In this document: in pieces, positions 25,982-34,923 of the stretch | Layout of the letters: each line of letters starts with the position of its first letter | How positions within the stretch are numbered: position 1 is the stretch's first letter | Virus record (IMG/VR): IMGVR_UViG_3300042868_004919 | Coordinates: 1 to 44,821 of that record | Reading direction: 5' to 3' (one strand) | Length of the DNA: 44,821 nt | From: a virus | Lineage: Duplodnaviria > Caudoviricetes | The notes under the pieces: model-generated | Databases searched by the model: none | What the model was told of the DNA's origin: nothing | Seen by the model: only the letters and a program-made list of their open reading frames with translations | Translations under genes and position numbers: made by a program

Positions 25982-27384
25982 TTTTTCCCTTTCAAGTAAT
26001 CCAGCAGGATGTCCTGCACTTCGCGCTTTGATGCCCTACGGGTCACCACCAGTTCGTCAATTGTCCCCGCCGCCACAATGTAGTGGATGAACGTGGGGCG
26101 GTCTTTGCCTGCCTGGTACTGGCGCATCGGGCCGACGCGCTCGATAACCTGGTCGTGGTACTCAAGGTTCCAATCCTGGGCAAAGAACACCACGGTATTG
26201 CAATGTTCTTGCAACCCGTCAACACCATGGCCCATGCTCTGGGGGTGGCCCAGCCACAGCTTGCCCTTGCCCGCCATGGCCCGCGCCATGTGCTCGGGCT
26301 TGCTTAGGTCCAACGCATCGGGAAAGGCGCGCAGCAAGCGTTCGCGGTCGCTTACAAACTGATACACCACCAGCAGGGGGTCGTCGCCCGTCTGTTCTGT
26401 CAGTTCGGCCAGTGCGTCCAGCTTCTCGAAGTGACATTCGACCCACTTGCCCTGGCCGTAGCGCTCGGCGTCAAGGTACACCGCGCCGTTCGCCAACTGC
26501 AAGCATTTCTGCGACTTCGCGGCGGCGTTCAGTGCTTCGACCTCGCTGCCTTCGATCATCGTGAACAGTTCGCGCTCCATTTCCCGGTACTTTGCCCGCG
26601 CGCTGGCTGGTAGTTGCACCTCGATGGTGTTTACGATTGGCTCGCGCAGGTCGAACCAGTCGCGCGGGTCCAGGGTCAAGCAGATGTCAGAAAGGCGCTG
26701 CTGTATTTCTTGCTGCGCGTGCTCTGCGGGAACCCAGCGCGTGAACTGCTGGCCCCCGCCTTTTGCAACGGGGCGAAACCATCGTTGCTGGAAAGCGCTG
26801 AACGTGCGGCCCAGGCGCTGGCCAGCGTCAAGAAACCACGTTTGCCCCCACAGGTCGGCCAAGCCGTTGCTGGCCGGGGTGCCGGTTAGGTTGATCCAGC
26901 GTTCCGTCTGGGAGTGCGCCACCTTTGCCAGCGCCTGGGCGCGCACGGTGCCCTGCCGGGACCGGAAGCCTTTGAGCTTTGTCGATTCGTCGGGCACCAC
27001 CATACCGAAGGGCCACGGCTTGCCATCGAACTGGTCGCGCAGCCACTCCAGGTTGTCGTAGTTGGTGACGAACACGGGGGCATCGCGGCGCAGCGCGGCC
27101 TTGCGCTGGTCAGGCGTGCCCACCACCGGCACCACCTCAAGCCCGCGCAAGTGTTCCCACTTCGCGGCCTCGTTGGCCCAGGTATCGCGCGCCACGCGCA
27201 GCGGTGCCAACACCAAGGTGGGCCGGGTCTCGCCCCAGACGTTGTGCAAGTAGTCGATAAACGTCAGGCCCATCACGCTTTTACCCATGCCGGGCTTGGC
27301 GAACAGGGCGCAACGCGGGTTGTCCGCGAAATGCTGCATGACCCGCCCGTGGTAGGGGCGGGGGGTGAACTTGCGGCGGGTCAT
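25978..27384 (-). CDS. SNF2-family helicase; likely start ATG 27384
   Basis: Walker A 'PGMGKS', 'LVLAPLRVA', 'VPDES', 'LTGTP', 'DLWGQ', 'GHGVDGLQ', 'QVIER'. Confidence 0.92.
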   Translation of the reverse strand: MTRRKFTPRPYHGRVMQHFADNPRCALFAKPGMGKSVMGLTFIDYLHNVWGETRPTLVLAPLRVARDTWANEAAKWEHLRGLEVVPVVGTPDQRKAALRRDAPVFVTNYDNLEWLRDQFDGKPWPFGMVVPDESTKLKGFRSRQGTVRAQALAKVAHSQTERWINLTGTPASNGLADLWGQTWFLDAGQRLGRTFSAFQQRWFRPVAKGGGQQFTRWVPAEHAQQEIQQRLSDICLTLDPRDWFDLREPIVNTIEVQLPASARAKYREMERELFTMIEGSEVEALNAAAKSQKCLQLANGAVYLDAERYGQGKWVECHFEKLDALAELTEQTGDDPLLVVYQFVSDRERLLRAFPDALDLSKPEHMARAMAGKGKLWLGHPQSMGHGVDGLQEHCNTVVFFAQDWNLEYHDQVIERVGPMRQYQAGKDRPTFIHYIVAAGTIDELVVTRRASKREVQDILLDYLKGKK

Positions 27385-27575
27385 TTTTTGAACGTGGGCA
27401 GGGGGGCCCAGTGGGTGTACCAAGTGTCGCCCGTGGTCAACATGCCGTACTGCGCCACGCCATAACGGCGGTTTATCAGTTGCAGCTTGGTTCCGCGCGG
27501 CGTGTCCTTGTCAATCGGCAGCCAATGGACGCCCGTGTCCACCACGGCGGCCTTATCGTTTGTTTGCTTTATCAT
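27381..27575 (-). CDS. Hypothetical protein (DUF551-like)
   Basis: 'WLPI..TPRGTK..THWAPLP'. Confidence 0.7.
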   Translation of the reverse strand: MIKQTNDKAAVVDTGVHWLPIDKDTPRGTKLQLINRRYGVAQYGMLTTGDTWYTHWAPLPTFKK

Positions 27576-27861
27576 TTAACGCCTTCCTGATGCGCTGAAC
27601 GTGCCGCGTGCTGATACCTTCTGCATCGGCAATCGCCAGCGGTTTCACACCTGCATCAATGTTGCGCAAGATGCGCGCTCGTCGCGCGCGCTGCTCCTCG
27701 GCTTTCTGATACGAAGTGAGGCGCGTTTGGATGCGGGCCATAGTTGTTGCACCCATGAGCACCGTGACGGGTAACTCGTAGGTGACGATCCGGCGCCCGT
27801 CGTCAGTGAGATAGCGCCGCCAGCGCATGCCATTGCGCATTCTGGTTTCCAGGCACTTCAC
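27553..27861 (-). CDS. Hypothetical protein with C-terminal HTH; likely GTG start 27861
   Basis: GTGA overlap; 'GVKPLAIADAEGISTRHVQRIR'. Confidence 0.65.
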   Translation of the reverse strand: MKCLETRMRNGMRWRRYLTDDGRRIVTYELPVTVLMGATTMARIQTRLTSYQKAEEQRARRARILRNIDAGVKPLAIADAEGISTRHVQRIRKALNDKANKR

Positions 27862-28214
27862 GCGCGCACCCCGCCAGCCGTCAGGCCGATCATGTCTAGC
27901 GCGGTTTGCTTGACGCGGTAGCGTGCGGTTCGCTGGGCTGGCGACATCTTCGCGCGCTTTGCATCGCGGCCCGGCCCGATCTTGTAGACTTTGATCGAAT
28001 CCCGCCCGCGCCCGTCTTTGTCCCACGACGCGATATGTGCAGCACCAGCGGCGTGCAGTTCGCGGGTGTATTGCAGGACGGTCACGTAGTGCAGGCCGGT
28101 CAGTTCGGCCAGTTCCTGGCAGTTGTAGTTCCCGTCGAGCATGTGCAGCACAAGCTGGGCATAGGACAAGGCGCCTACCTTGACTTGTTTACGGGGCGTT
28201 CGTTTGGTTGTCAT
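27858..28214 (-). CDS. Winged-HTH DNA-binding protein
   Basis: 'CQELAELTGLHYVTVLQY..LH..G..HIASW'. Confidence 0.7.
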   Translation of the reverse strand: MTTKRTPRKQVKVGALSYAQLVLHMLDGNYNCQELAELTGLHYVTVLQYTRELHAAGAAHIASWDKDGRGRDSIKVYKIGPGRDAKRAKMSPAQRTARYRVKQTALDMIGLTAGGVRA

Positions 28215-28680
28215 TTTTTCCGGCGTAGAGTTTGGTTGCCTTGCCACTGTTCACCAGCTTCGTGGCGTAGTTGATTGCTTTCTCCATATCACCCACGGTG
28301 ATACACTCCATCTGCTGGTCGTGCAGTTCCAGCAGGTCGCGTAACGCCTGCAACTCGGGGCCCGTGGCCACGTAGCGTTTCAACTTCACGTAGCGCTCAC
28401 AAATTGCTACAAGTGCGGCCTGACTGCGGTCAGTCCACGCTTCAAACTGCGAGCCGAACCCCAGATGCGCCAGGCTCTGGGCGATGTTGTGCGCAGCCAC
28501 CAGTTTCTCGATGTGCTCACGTGTCGCGGTGCCCGTGGCTAAGTCGGCGAAGGCTGCGGTGGTCACCAGCTTCAGGTCCAGCAGGTAGGTTTCGTGGTCC
28601 GTCACTGGCTGCACCGTCTGGAGCACGTAGGCCAACGGGTTAACCAGCGGGCGAGGGCGGTACTTGCTGCGCTTTCTCAT
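28189..28680 (-). CDS. Hypothetical protein
   Basis: 163-aa ORF with ATGA coupling to the VRR-NUC gene; basic N-terminus. Confidence 0.7.
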   Translation of the reverse strand: MRKRSKYRPRPLVNPLAYVLQTVQPVTDHETYLLDLKLVTTAAFADLATGTATREHIEKLVAAHNIAQSLAHLGFGSQFEAWTDRSQAALVAICERYVKLKRYVATGPELQALRDLLELHDQQMECITVGDMEKAINYATKLVNSGKATKLYAGKNDNQTNAP

Positions 28681-28988
28681 CCCAGCATTTCCTCAACGGC
28701 ATCGATACTGTCGATTACCACCACGCGCTGACCCATCTTGCGCATTCGGTAGTGCTCGCGCAGTTGGTGGGCTTCGGGCTTGACGCCGGTTGCTTTTAGC
28801 TCTACCCAGATGGTGCCGATATGTTGATCCGTTTCCGGGTCAAGCGGGCGCTGGCCGATAGGCAACATCACCAGCCGATCCGGCGCGCTGCGGCGACCGA
28901 CCCATTGCACCTTGCGCACCTCGCCGCCCAGTTCCTTCACCCGCTTGACCAGGTGCTTTTCAATCGTGGATTCGCGCATCGCGGTCAT
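28677..28988 (-). CDS. VRR-NUC domain nuclease
   Basis: 'RESTIEKHL..GG..K..PDRLV..WVELKA..Q..G..V.VIDS'. Confidence 0.9.
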   Translation of the reverse strand: MTAMRESTIEKHLVKRVKELGGEVRKVQWVGRRSAPDRLVMLPIGQRPLDPETDQHIGTIWVELKATGVKPEAHQLREHYRMRKMGQRVVVIDSIDAVEEMLG

Positions 28989-29155
28989 GCGGTTAGCACG
29001 ATGACAACCACGGCGAACACTGCCGTCAAGCTGAACGCAACCCACCACAACGTGCCGTAGTCCGTCGGGGGGCGCAGGCGCTCGATAGGGTCGGCGCTGG
29101 CGATGAACACGCAATCGTTTGTGCTGCGCGGTGTGTTGAAGTGGCTGGGTTTCAT
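28985..29155 (-). CDS. Small membrane protein
   Basis: RBS AAGGA before ATG 29155 (MKPSHFNTPRS); C-terminal TM helix. Confidence 0.7.
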   Translation of the reverse strand: MKPSHFNTPRSTNDCVFIASADPIERLRPPTDYGTLWWVAFSLTAVFAVVVIVLTA

Positions 29156-29225
29156 GGTTGCATCCTTGCGAGTGGCCGGGACAATCCCCGCGACAACCCC
29201 GCACGCGGGGCTGGCACTGGTGCTG

Positions 29226-29501
29226 TCATTTAGCCAGTGCGGCCAGTCCGCTTGCAGACCTGTCGGCGTAAAACGCCGTGATGGCATCAGGCTTCTTGCC
29301 CACGCGACGGTTGAACAGCTTTTTTGCGTCTGACTGCGTCATGCCCTTTTGCACATAGCGCCATGTTTTCTTTACGCCGCCTTTGCATTCGCGGCTGTAG
29401 TTTTCGCAGAACTTCCACACCTCCCAGCCTTCGGGGCCGGAAACCAAAGCGAACACCACGCCTTTACTGTTGGCTTGCTTTTGTTCGGTTGTGCGGGTCA
29501 T
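29226..29501 (-). CDS. Hypothetical early protein
   Basis: RBS CCGGAG; own promoter/operator upstream. Confidence 0.75.
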   Translation of the reverse strand: MTRTTEQKQANSKGVVFALVSGPEGWEVWKFCENYSRECKGGVKKTWRYVQKGMTQSDAKKLFNRRVGKKPDAITAFYADRSASGLAALAK

Positions 29502-29534
29502 TTTGTTTGCTCCGGTTGCGTTGTTGACGGCTCA

Positions 29535-29562
29535 ATTGTAGCACATGCTAAATAGCAAACAA
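29535..29562 (-). promoter_or_regulatory. Extended -10 early promoter with palindromic operator
   Basis: - strand TGcTACAAT; TAGCACATGCTA at 29539-29550. Confidence 0.75.
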
Positions 29563-29588
29563 CGCAATGGTTGACTGCGCTGTGGGGT

Positions 29589-29834
29589 TTATTCGGGGTT
29601 TTCGAGGTCGTGCACCCGGTCTCTTAGCTGCATGTTTTGTTCAGTCAGGGTATCGACATCGGCGGCCAGTTCATCCACTTGACCCGATAGCCTGTGGTTG
29701 TCGGCGATGAGGCTAACTATTTCATCAAGCAGGTCGTCGTCGCTGTCTAGGGCGTGGGCTAGCAGGGCAAGGGCTGCCGTGTCGCCGTTGGCGTAGGCCA
29801 GGCGCTCGCGTTCGGCTATGGTCAGGTTTGTCAT
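29589..29834 (-). CDS. Hypothetical coiled-coil protein
   Basis: Follows the polymerase stop with RBS AAGGA; 'ERLAYANGD'. Confidence 0.7.
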   Translation of the reverse strand: MTNLTIAERERLAYANGDTAALALLAHALDSDDDLLDEIVSLIADNHRLSGQVDELAADVDTLTEQNMQLRDRVHDLENPE

Positions 29835-29837
29835 GGG

Positions 29838-31922
29838 TTAGTCCTTGCGATAGCGGTAGGTTTCAAAGCCAGCGGCGGCCAGCGGGATGCCCTTTGCCCA
29901 GGCCGGTGCGGTGGCCATCATCCGGCCCAGCACGTCGGCGTTGAACTCGGGGCGGTCGGGGGTCTCGGTCAGCAGTTCATCGTGCACAGACAGCACGATC
30001 TTGTAGCCAGCAGCGTCGATGCCGGGCATGTTGTAGGCCAGCACGTCGCGGGCGAATGCCTGGGTGCAGTTCTCAACAATTTTGCCGCCATAGGTTTTGA
30101 TCCGGCCCCACTGGCGGGTGTATTGGTTCACGCCGAAATAGGTGATCTGCCCGTCGTCGTCCACGGCGGGGTGGATGTAACAAAGGTAACGACCAGACGG
30201 CAGCCGGATGCGCAGCCACGCACCATCGACGCGCGCTTTAAGATGATCGCCGATCGGAAACGTTACGCCAGGGTTCGCAATGGCAGCGCGCACGCTGTCG
30301 CCCGCCGCCCGCCACAGTGCATGCGTGAACTGGTGCGCGTCGCGCCAGGCCGTAACCAGCGTCTGGCAGGCAATCCATACGTTGTCGGGTAGACCGTGGG
30401 TCGGGCGCTTTTGTTCGCGCGTCCACTTCAGTCGGCCAGCGGCGTCGGCGATGGCCTCGTTGCTGGCCGTGGCGTACACCGCGTCGGCAAGCTGGCCTAG
30501 GTTCATCTGGTACACAGCAGCGAACGTGATAAACGCGGCCACGCCACCCTCGTACCCCAGGCCCAGTTCCATAACCTTACCAATCTGGCGCTTTTGACCA
30601 GTGGCATCTTTGGGGTCGATGTTGAACGACCGACCGTATGCGACTTTATATAAGTCCTCGCCCACCCCCCGGTCGAAGTCGGCAAAGGCTTTCAGCTTCC
30701 AGCCTTCACCGGCAAGGAACGCAAGCCCCCGGCCTTCGATGTTAGACAGGTCGGGAATAACCAGTTTCTTGCCGGGCGGCGCCACGATGCACCCGCGCAC
30801 GGCGTTGGCTGTCAGGCGCATGACGCTGGGGAAAAACAGGTCGGCGCACCCGGCCTTCAGCGCGTCGATGCCCTCCTCAATCTCGGCGTTTTTCATGTCT
30901 GGCCTGGGCATGTTCTGGGGCTGGAATATCCGACCAGCCCAGCGCGCGGTGCGCGTCGCGCCCGCGAACTGCAAGGTGTTGCGCAGCCTGCCGTCCGCGC
31001 TGGTCGCATTTATCAGCGCCTTATATTTGGCGGTGCTGGTCTTTGTGGACTCCAGGCGTAAAGACAGCAACAGGCGCACACCTTCGGGCAGGGTGGGGTC
31101 ATCGACTCGGCGGCGCAACGTGTCCGCGCGCATGTCGGGCAGGTCCACGCCGTGCTCGGCCAGGATGAACGCCAGCATGTTGTCGCGCTGGCTGGCGTTG
31201 GTGACCAGCCCGTCGGTGGCTTCGGTCACTTCGGCCTTCAGGCGTTTCTGCTCTTTTGCTACGGCTTCGATAGCAGCATGCGCCAGTTCGACATCAACGG
31301 CCACGCCCCGGTCGTTGATCCGCTGGTCAAGGTGCCAGAGTCCAAGCTCAGGGTGGCCGGGTTTGTAATTCCAAGTCGGCAGGCGCTGGTCGATGGCACG
31401 CATGGCGACGATGTCCTGACGGCTGTACTCCAGGAACTCGGCCCACTCCTTCGGGTGGGTTGCGCGCGTGGCGCGGCGCAACGCGTGGCCCTTTGGGCGG
31501 GGTTTGCAAAACAACCGGATCAGTTCGCGCCCGCGCTTGTCCTTCGCCTGGTCGGCGTCCAGTCCGACTATCTGGCCTATCTTGTCCAGGCTGCCCGGCA
31601 GTCCGTGAGCCATGGCCTTGACCATCGTGTCCTGCCAGCGCTCCACCGGCACGTCGATGCCCCAGCAGTGGCGCAGCAGGGTGCGGTCGAATGCACTGTT
31701 ATGGGCCACGACGGTAACGGTGGGGTCGCCCAGCATGTCAAGCAGCCCACCGGGGGCCGGGTTTACGCCCGCAGTGTAGTCCAGCACCACGGGCTCGCCG
31801 TCATCAATCGCCCACTGGGCCACAGTAATTTCAGTGCTAGGGTGCTCGGCGTAGGCGTGCGTGCCCGCGCTTTTCAGGTCGCACTCGGAAAATGTCTCGC
31901 AGTCGAACCAGAGGGTGGTCAT
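29838..31922 (-). CDS. DNA polymerase, family A (BPP-1/APSE-like) with 3'-5' exonuclease
   Basis: Exo I 'DCET', Exo II 'AHNSAFDR', motif A 'DLSNIEGR', motif B 'RQIGKVMELGLGY', motif C 'VHDE'. Confidence 0.95.
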   Translation of the reverse strand: MTTLWFDCETFSECDLKSAGTHAYAEHPSTEITVAQWAIDDGEPVVLDYTAGVNPAPGGLLDMLGDPTVTVVAHNSAFDRTLLRHCWGIDVPVERWQDTMVKAMAHGLPGSLDKIGQIVGLDADQAKDKRGRELIRLFCKPRPKGHALRRATRATHPKEWAEFLEYSRQDIVAMRAIDQRLPTWNYKPGHPELGLWHLDQRINDRGVAVDVELAHAAIEAVAKEQKRLKAEVTEATDGLVTNASQRDNMLAFILAEHGVDLPDMRADTLRRRVDDPTLPEGVRLLLSLRLESTKTSTAKYKALINATSADGRLRNTLQFAGATRTARWAGRIFQPQNMPRPDMKNAEIEEGIDALKAGCADLFFPSVMRLTANAVRGCIVAPPGKKLVIPDLSNIEGRGLAFLAGEGWKLKAFADFDRGVGEDLYKVAYGRSFNIDPKDATGQKRQIGKVMELGLGYEGGVAAFITFAAVYQMNLGQLADAVYATASNEAIADAAGRLKWTREQKRPTHGLPDNVWIACQTLVTAWRDAHQFTHALWRAAGDSVRAAIANPGVTFPIGDHLKARVDGAWLRIRLPSGRYLCYIHPAVDDDGQITYFGVNQYTRQWGRIKTYGGKIVENCTQAFARDVLAYNMPGIDAAGYKIVLSVHDELLTETPDRPEFNADVLGRMMATAPAWAKGIPLAAAGFETYRYRKD

Positions 31923-32098
31923 TCGTCGCTTTCAAAAAAGCCCGTTCCCCGGCATTCCCCGACAATAGTTGCCACTGCGGCGGGGTTTGCCCATACCGCA
32001 CCACCGAAAGAATCGTCTACGGGAGTGGTGCGGGTAGGGTGCCGGGGCTTGCTGGCGGCTGGGCAATTGCCACCTAGGATTTCCGCAGTCCCGCTGTG
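31923..32098 (-). promoter_or_regulatory. Structured intergenic RNA leader upstream of the DNA polymerase
   Basis: Several 7-9 bp complementary pairs, then a T6 tract and GAAAGCG before the ATG. Confidence 0.55.
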
Positions 32099-32674
32099 TT
32101 ACGCGAAGTCGCCAGCGTCAGCGCCGTCGGTGACTTCCTCAAATTCGTCGGCGTCGGCTGGGCGGCCAGCGCTGAAGCTGTCGCCATCTTTGTAGAACTG
32201 CACCCCGCGCAGTGTGCAGTTGATGCGCTTGCCGTACTGGTTGTCCTGCGCCCAGAATTCCAGCGAAGCGTTGACGTAGCAGCCCGCGTAGGGCTTGCCC
32301 GACTTTGAGCCCAGGGGGTTGCGGGCCTGGTCAACCACAGTCGGCGGCGCGTTTTCCTGACTGTTCGCAGACACGAACATCACACCCGCAAACCCGTCGT
32401 ACTGGGGTTTCGTGTCGCCGTCGTGCAGCGCAACCTTGTCGGTCTTATAAAGGCCAGACAGCACGGCGGCAGCCTTGTCTTTCCACTTGTCCTTTGCGAT
32501 AGCGTCAATGCGTGCTTTGACGGCGGCAAGCTGGGGGTGCTCCAAGGGGATCAGCAGCGCAGCGCCGTAGCGGGGTTTACCCTCACCAGCCACGGTGGTG
32601 GGCTCGAACAGGTTAGGGAAGGCCAAGCGAACATTGTTCAGCAAGATGCGGCCAGCGGGTTGGTTGGATGACAT
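32099..32674 (-). CDS. DUF2815 ssDNA-binding protein (T7 gp2.5-like); start ATG 32674
   Basis: 'VRLAFPNLFEP', 'LHDGD', 'YAGCYVNA', 'LRGVQFYKDGD.F', acidic tail; RBS AAAGGA. Confidence 0.9.
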   Translation of the reverse strand: MSSNQPAGRILLNNVRLAFPNLFEPTTVAGEGKPRYGAALLIPLEHPQLAAVKARIDAIAKDKWKDKAAAVLSGLYKTDKVALHDGDTKPQYDGFAGVMFVSANSQENAPPTVVDQARNPLGSKSGKPYAGCYVNASLEFWAQDNQYGKRINCTLRGVQFYKDGDSFSAGRPADADEFEEVTDGADAGDFA

Positions 32675-32706
32675 GGTAGGTTTCCTTTGCAGTTGATACA
32701 GTGAAT

Positions 32707-32735
32707 ATTGTAGCGGGTGATAAAACGTCACGCAA
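32707..32735 (-). promoter_or_regulatory. sigma70-type promoter with operator variant
   Basis: - strand TTGCGT-17nt-TACAAT; TAGCGGGTGATA at 32711-32722. Confidence 0.75.
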
Positions 32736-33975
32736 GCGATTGAAAATCATCGACGACCGGACGAATGTCCAGGGCGGGGCGGCTGTCGGAAACCGGCGCA
32801 ACGTGGGGTTTACCCTCGTTTTGTACGATCAATTCCGTAGCTTTGGGCCATTGACGCGGGCCGATGTCGCCAGCTTTGAACAGCTTTTCAGCGGTCGTCG
32901 GGCTTATCAGTTTGAGGTCGTAGGCTTTCTCAACCGGCAGCCTGAAAGTCTTGCGTAGCAGTTCCTCGGCGGCGGCAGCGTCGGCCCACTGGCGTGCGCC
33001 ACGCTTGCCCGCCACTACTTTGTAGCCCGGCACGTCCTCGCCAGCCAGCAGGCGGCGCTCGGCCTCGGTGCGGATCGACTTGCACCAGTCCTCGATCAAA
33101 TCGACCTGCGACAAGCAAGCGGCGACCCACTCGGCGCTGGTGAACCCTGTCGCGCCGGGCTTGCACACGGATTGCTCGGCAAACTCGTCTGGGCTGGCGG
33201 GCGTGGAATTGAACGCGGCGCTGGCCACCTCGTCGCGCAGGGCGGGGCAGGTGGCCTTGGCCTTGCAAAACCGGCACTGCTTCTCACCAGGGCGCAGGTA
33301 GCCATCGTCCAGCAGGCTGGCGGCTTGCGTGGCCTGCTGTCGTTCCTCGACCGCGTTCCAGGCTTCGGTGGCAGCCCACTTTCGCAGGTTGTCCACGGTG
33401 CAATCCCATTCGCTGGGCTTGCGGCTCACGCGGGGCTGGAGCACCACCAAGCGCACGCGCTTGAAGTCACCCATAATGCCGTCGCACTGGGCCAAAGCAC
33501 CCAGGCCGTAGAGCATCATTTGCGGGTTGCGCTCAGGGCTGACCTCAACACCACGCCCGTACTTCAGGTCCATGACGATCAGTTCGTCGTCGCGGGCGAT
33601 GATTACGTCGGCAGTGCCCCACGCCTGGTCGTGCTCCACGCCGATGGCGTCGGAATAGTTGACGCGGGTTTCCGGCAGCACCACGTTGCCCGCCGCATAT
33701 TCCTCGATGGCGCCCAGGCACCAGTCAATGTGGTCGGTCATTTCGTCGGTGACTTCGATCCTGTCACCGTCCACGTCGATAATTCGGCCCAGGAAAGCAA
33801 GGGGGGCCATGCCATCCCGCAGGCACCACTCCAGCACCTGGTGGGCTGCGGTGCCTTCGCGGGCGTAAGCGTTGCCGTTGTCTGGCTTGCCCTGTTCCAT
33901 GACGGGTTTGCCAGGGCAGAGCATCGCGGCCTCGAAACCGCTGGCGCTGTATTTGCTGTGCGCGGCTTCGACCAT
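32728..33975 (-). CDS. DUF2800 Cas4-like PD-(D/E)XK exonuclease; start ATG 33975
   Basis: 'HSKYSAS..CPG', 'EGTAAH', 'WGTAD', 'DLKYGRG', 'QMMLYGLGA', 'CRFCKAKATC'. Confidence 0.9.
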   Translation of the reverse strand: MVEAAHSKYSASGFEAAMLCPGKPVMEQGKPDNGNAYAREGTAAHQVLEWCLRDGMAPLAFLGRIIDVDGDRIEVTDEMTDHIDWCLGAIEEYAAGNVVLPETRVNYSDAIGVEHDQAWGTADVIIARDDELIVMDLKYGRGVEVSPERNPQMMLYGLGALAQCDGIMGDFKRVRLVVLQPRVSRKPSEWDCTVDNLRKWAATEAWNAVEERQQATQAASLLDDGYLRPGEKQCRFCKAKATCPALRDEVASAAFNSTPASPDEFAEQSVCKPGATGFTSAEWVAACLSQVDLIEDWCKSIRTEAERRLLAGEDVPGYKVVAGKRGARQWADAAAAEELLRKTFRLPVEKAYDLKLISPTTAEKLFKAGDIGPRQWPKATELIVQNEGKPHVAPVSDSRPALDIRPVVDDFQSLA

Positions 33976-34445
33976 CACAACTCCGCAATCTTGGCGTTGA
34001 CAGCGGCCAGGGCTTCGCCCCACTTCGCGCTGTCCAGTTCCTTGAACGTCTTAACCCCGAAACCAGTGGCCACGGCGGCGGCAGCTTCGCGGCTCTTACC
34101 GGCCAGGGTGAACACCGCTTTTTGAAGCGTTGGATAATCGACGGGCTCGGTCGAGGAGACACTCGACACAGCGGGGGCAGCCGGTGCGGGGGAGTCCGCA
34201 ACAGGCTTTGGGTCAGAAGGGGACTCCGCAGCAGGCACTGGCGCGGCAACTTCCTTCGGAGCCGGTGCGGGCGCAGCGGGGGTAGGTGCAGGCTTTGGGG
34301 CGGCCACCTTGTTCAGTTCGGCAGCGGACACAAACTCGCCGGATTCCAAGGCTAGGCCGGGCGGGTGCACCACGGCCTTTTTGTTGGCAAAGAAGGCCAG
34401 CAGGTCGGCCTCGCTGGTGAAGTTGAGAGTGACTTGGATTGACAT
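33975..34445 (-). CDS. Hypothetical protein of the type found upstream of DUF2800 genes
   Basis: Pro/Ala linker plus C-terminal helical domain 'FGVKTFKEL'; TGATG coupling. Confidence 0.8.
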   Translation of the reverse strand: MSIQVTLNFTSEADLLAFFANKKAVVHPPGLALESGEFVSAAELNKVAAPKPAPTPAAPAPAPKEVAAPVPAAESPSDPKPVADSPAPAAPAVSSVSSTEPVDYPTLQKAVFTLAGKSREAAAAVATGFGVKTFKELDSAKWGEALAAVNAKIAEL

Positions 34446-34459
34446 GGGTGCCTTTCGTT

Positions 34460-34508
34460 TAGCAGTGGGTAAAGGTTGAAGTGTAGCGCCTGCTAAGGCG
34501 CTGGGGAA
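34460..34508 (-). promoter_or_regulatory. Early promoter with two operator copies
   Basis: - strand -10 TACACT (34480-34485); TAGCGCCTGCTA 34484-34495 and TAGCAGTGGGTA 34460-34471; weak -35. Confidence 0.6.
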
Positions 34509-34514
34509 AACTTT

Positions 34515-34805
34515 TTAGGGACGGAAACCGAAGTGCTTAAGGTTGCCGACTGCGGTGGCGTTATCGCTGTTGGCCATCAGAAATTCAACGTTCAGCGTGA
34601 ACACCTTGTCCCACTCGGCCAGGGAGACTTCGGTGCGGCCGTCATCTTCAAACGTGTGGTTTGTGTTCACGCATGCGTCATCGAGGATTGCATACATGGC
34701 TTTTTGAACCGCGCCACCGGAATTTGTGCGGGCACCGGTTTCGCGGATGCTGTTGACTACGTGGTCAAACTTTGTCCAGCTAGAAGAAGTGATTTGCAGT
34801 GCCAT
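34515..34805 (-). CDS. Hypothetical early protein; start ATG 34805
   Basis: RBS CCGGAG; first gene after the leftward promoter. Confidence 0.75.
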   Translation of the reverse strand: MALQITSSSWTKFDHVVNSIRETGARTNSGGAVQKAMYAILDDACVNTNHTFEDDGRTEVSLAEWDKVFTLNVEFLMANSDNATAVGNLKHFGFRP

Positions 34806-34837
34806 TTTGTCGCTCCGGTTTGTTTGAATCAGGCCCA

Positions 34838-34866
34838 ACTGTAGCACATGCTAAATTCACAGCCAA
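34838..34866 (-). promoter_or_regulatory. Leftward early promoter with palindromic operator
   Basis: - strand TTGGCT-17nt-TACAGT with TGn extension; TAGCACATGCTA at 34842-34853. Confidence 0.75.
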
Positions 34867-34867
34867 C

Positions 34868-34896
34868 AAAAAACCCGACTGAAAAGCCGGGTTTTT
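34868..34896 (-). terminator. Rho-independent terminator between the divergent promoters
   Basis: - strand CCCGGCT-TTTC-AGTCGGG followed by TTTTTT; A/T tracts on both sides. Confidence 0.75.
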
Positions 34897-34923
34897 CGTG
34901 TCGGCGTCTGAAAACCGCAGCAA

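Noticed and set aside
31923-32098. tRNA gene
   Set aside because: No T-loop (TTCRA) or cloverleaf geometry on either strand; kept as a structured leader instead
32728-33975. CRISPR-associated Cas4
   Set aside because: It is the DUF2800 phage replication/recombination nuclease in its usual DUF2800-DUF2815-polymerase context; no array or other cas genes
34485-34502. Hairpin AGCGCCT-GCTA-AGGCGCT as a terminator
   Set aside because: No adjacent U tract on the coding strand, and it coincides with the operator/promoter
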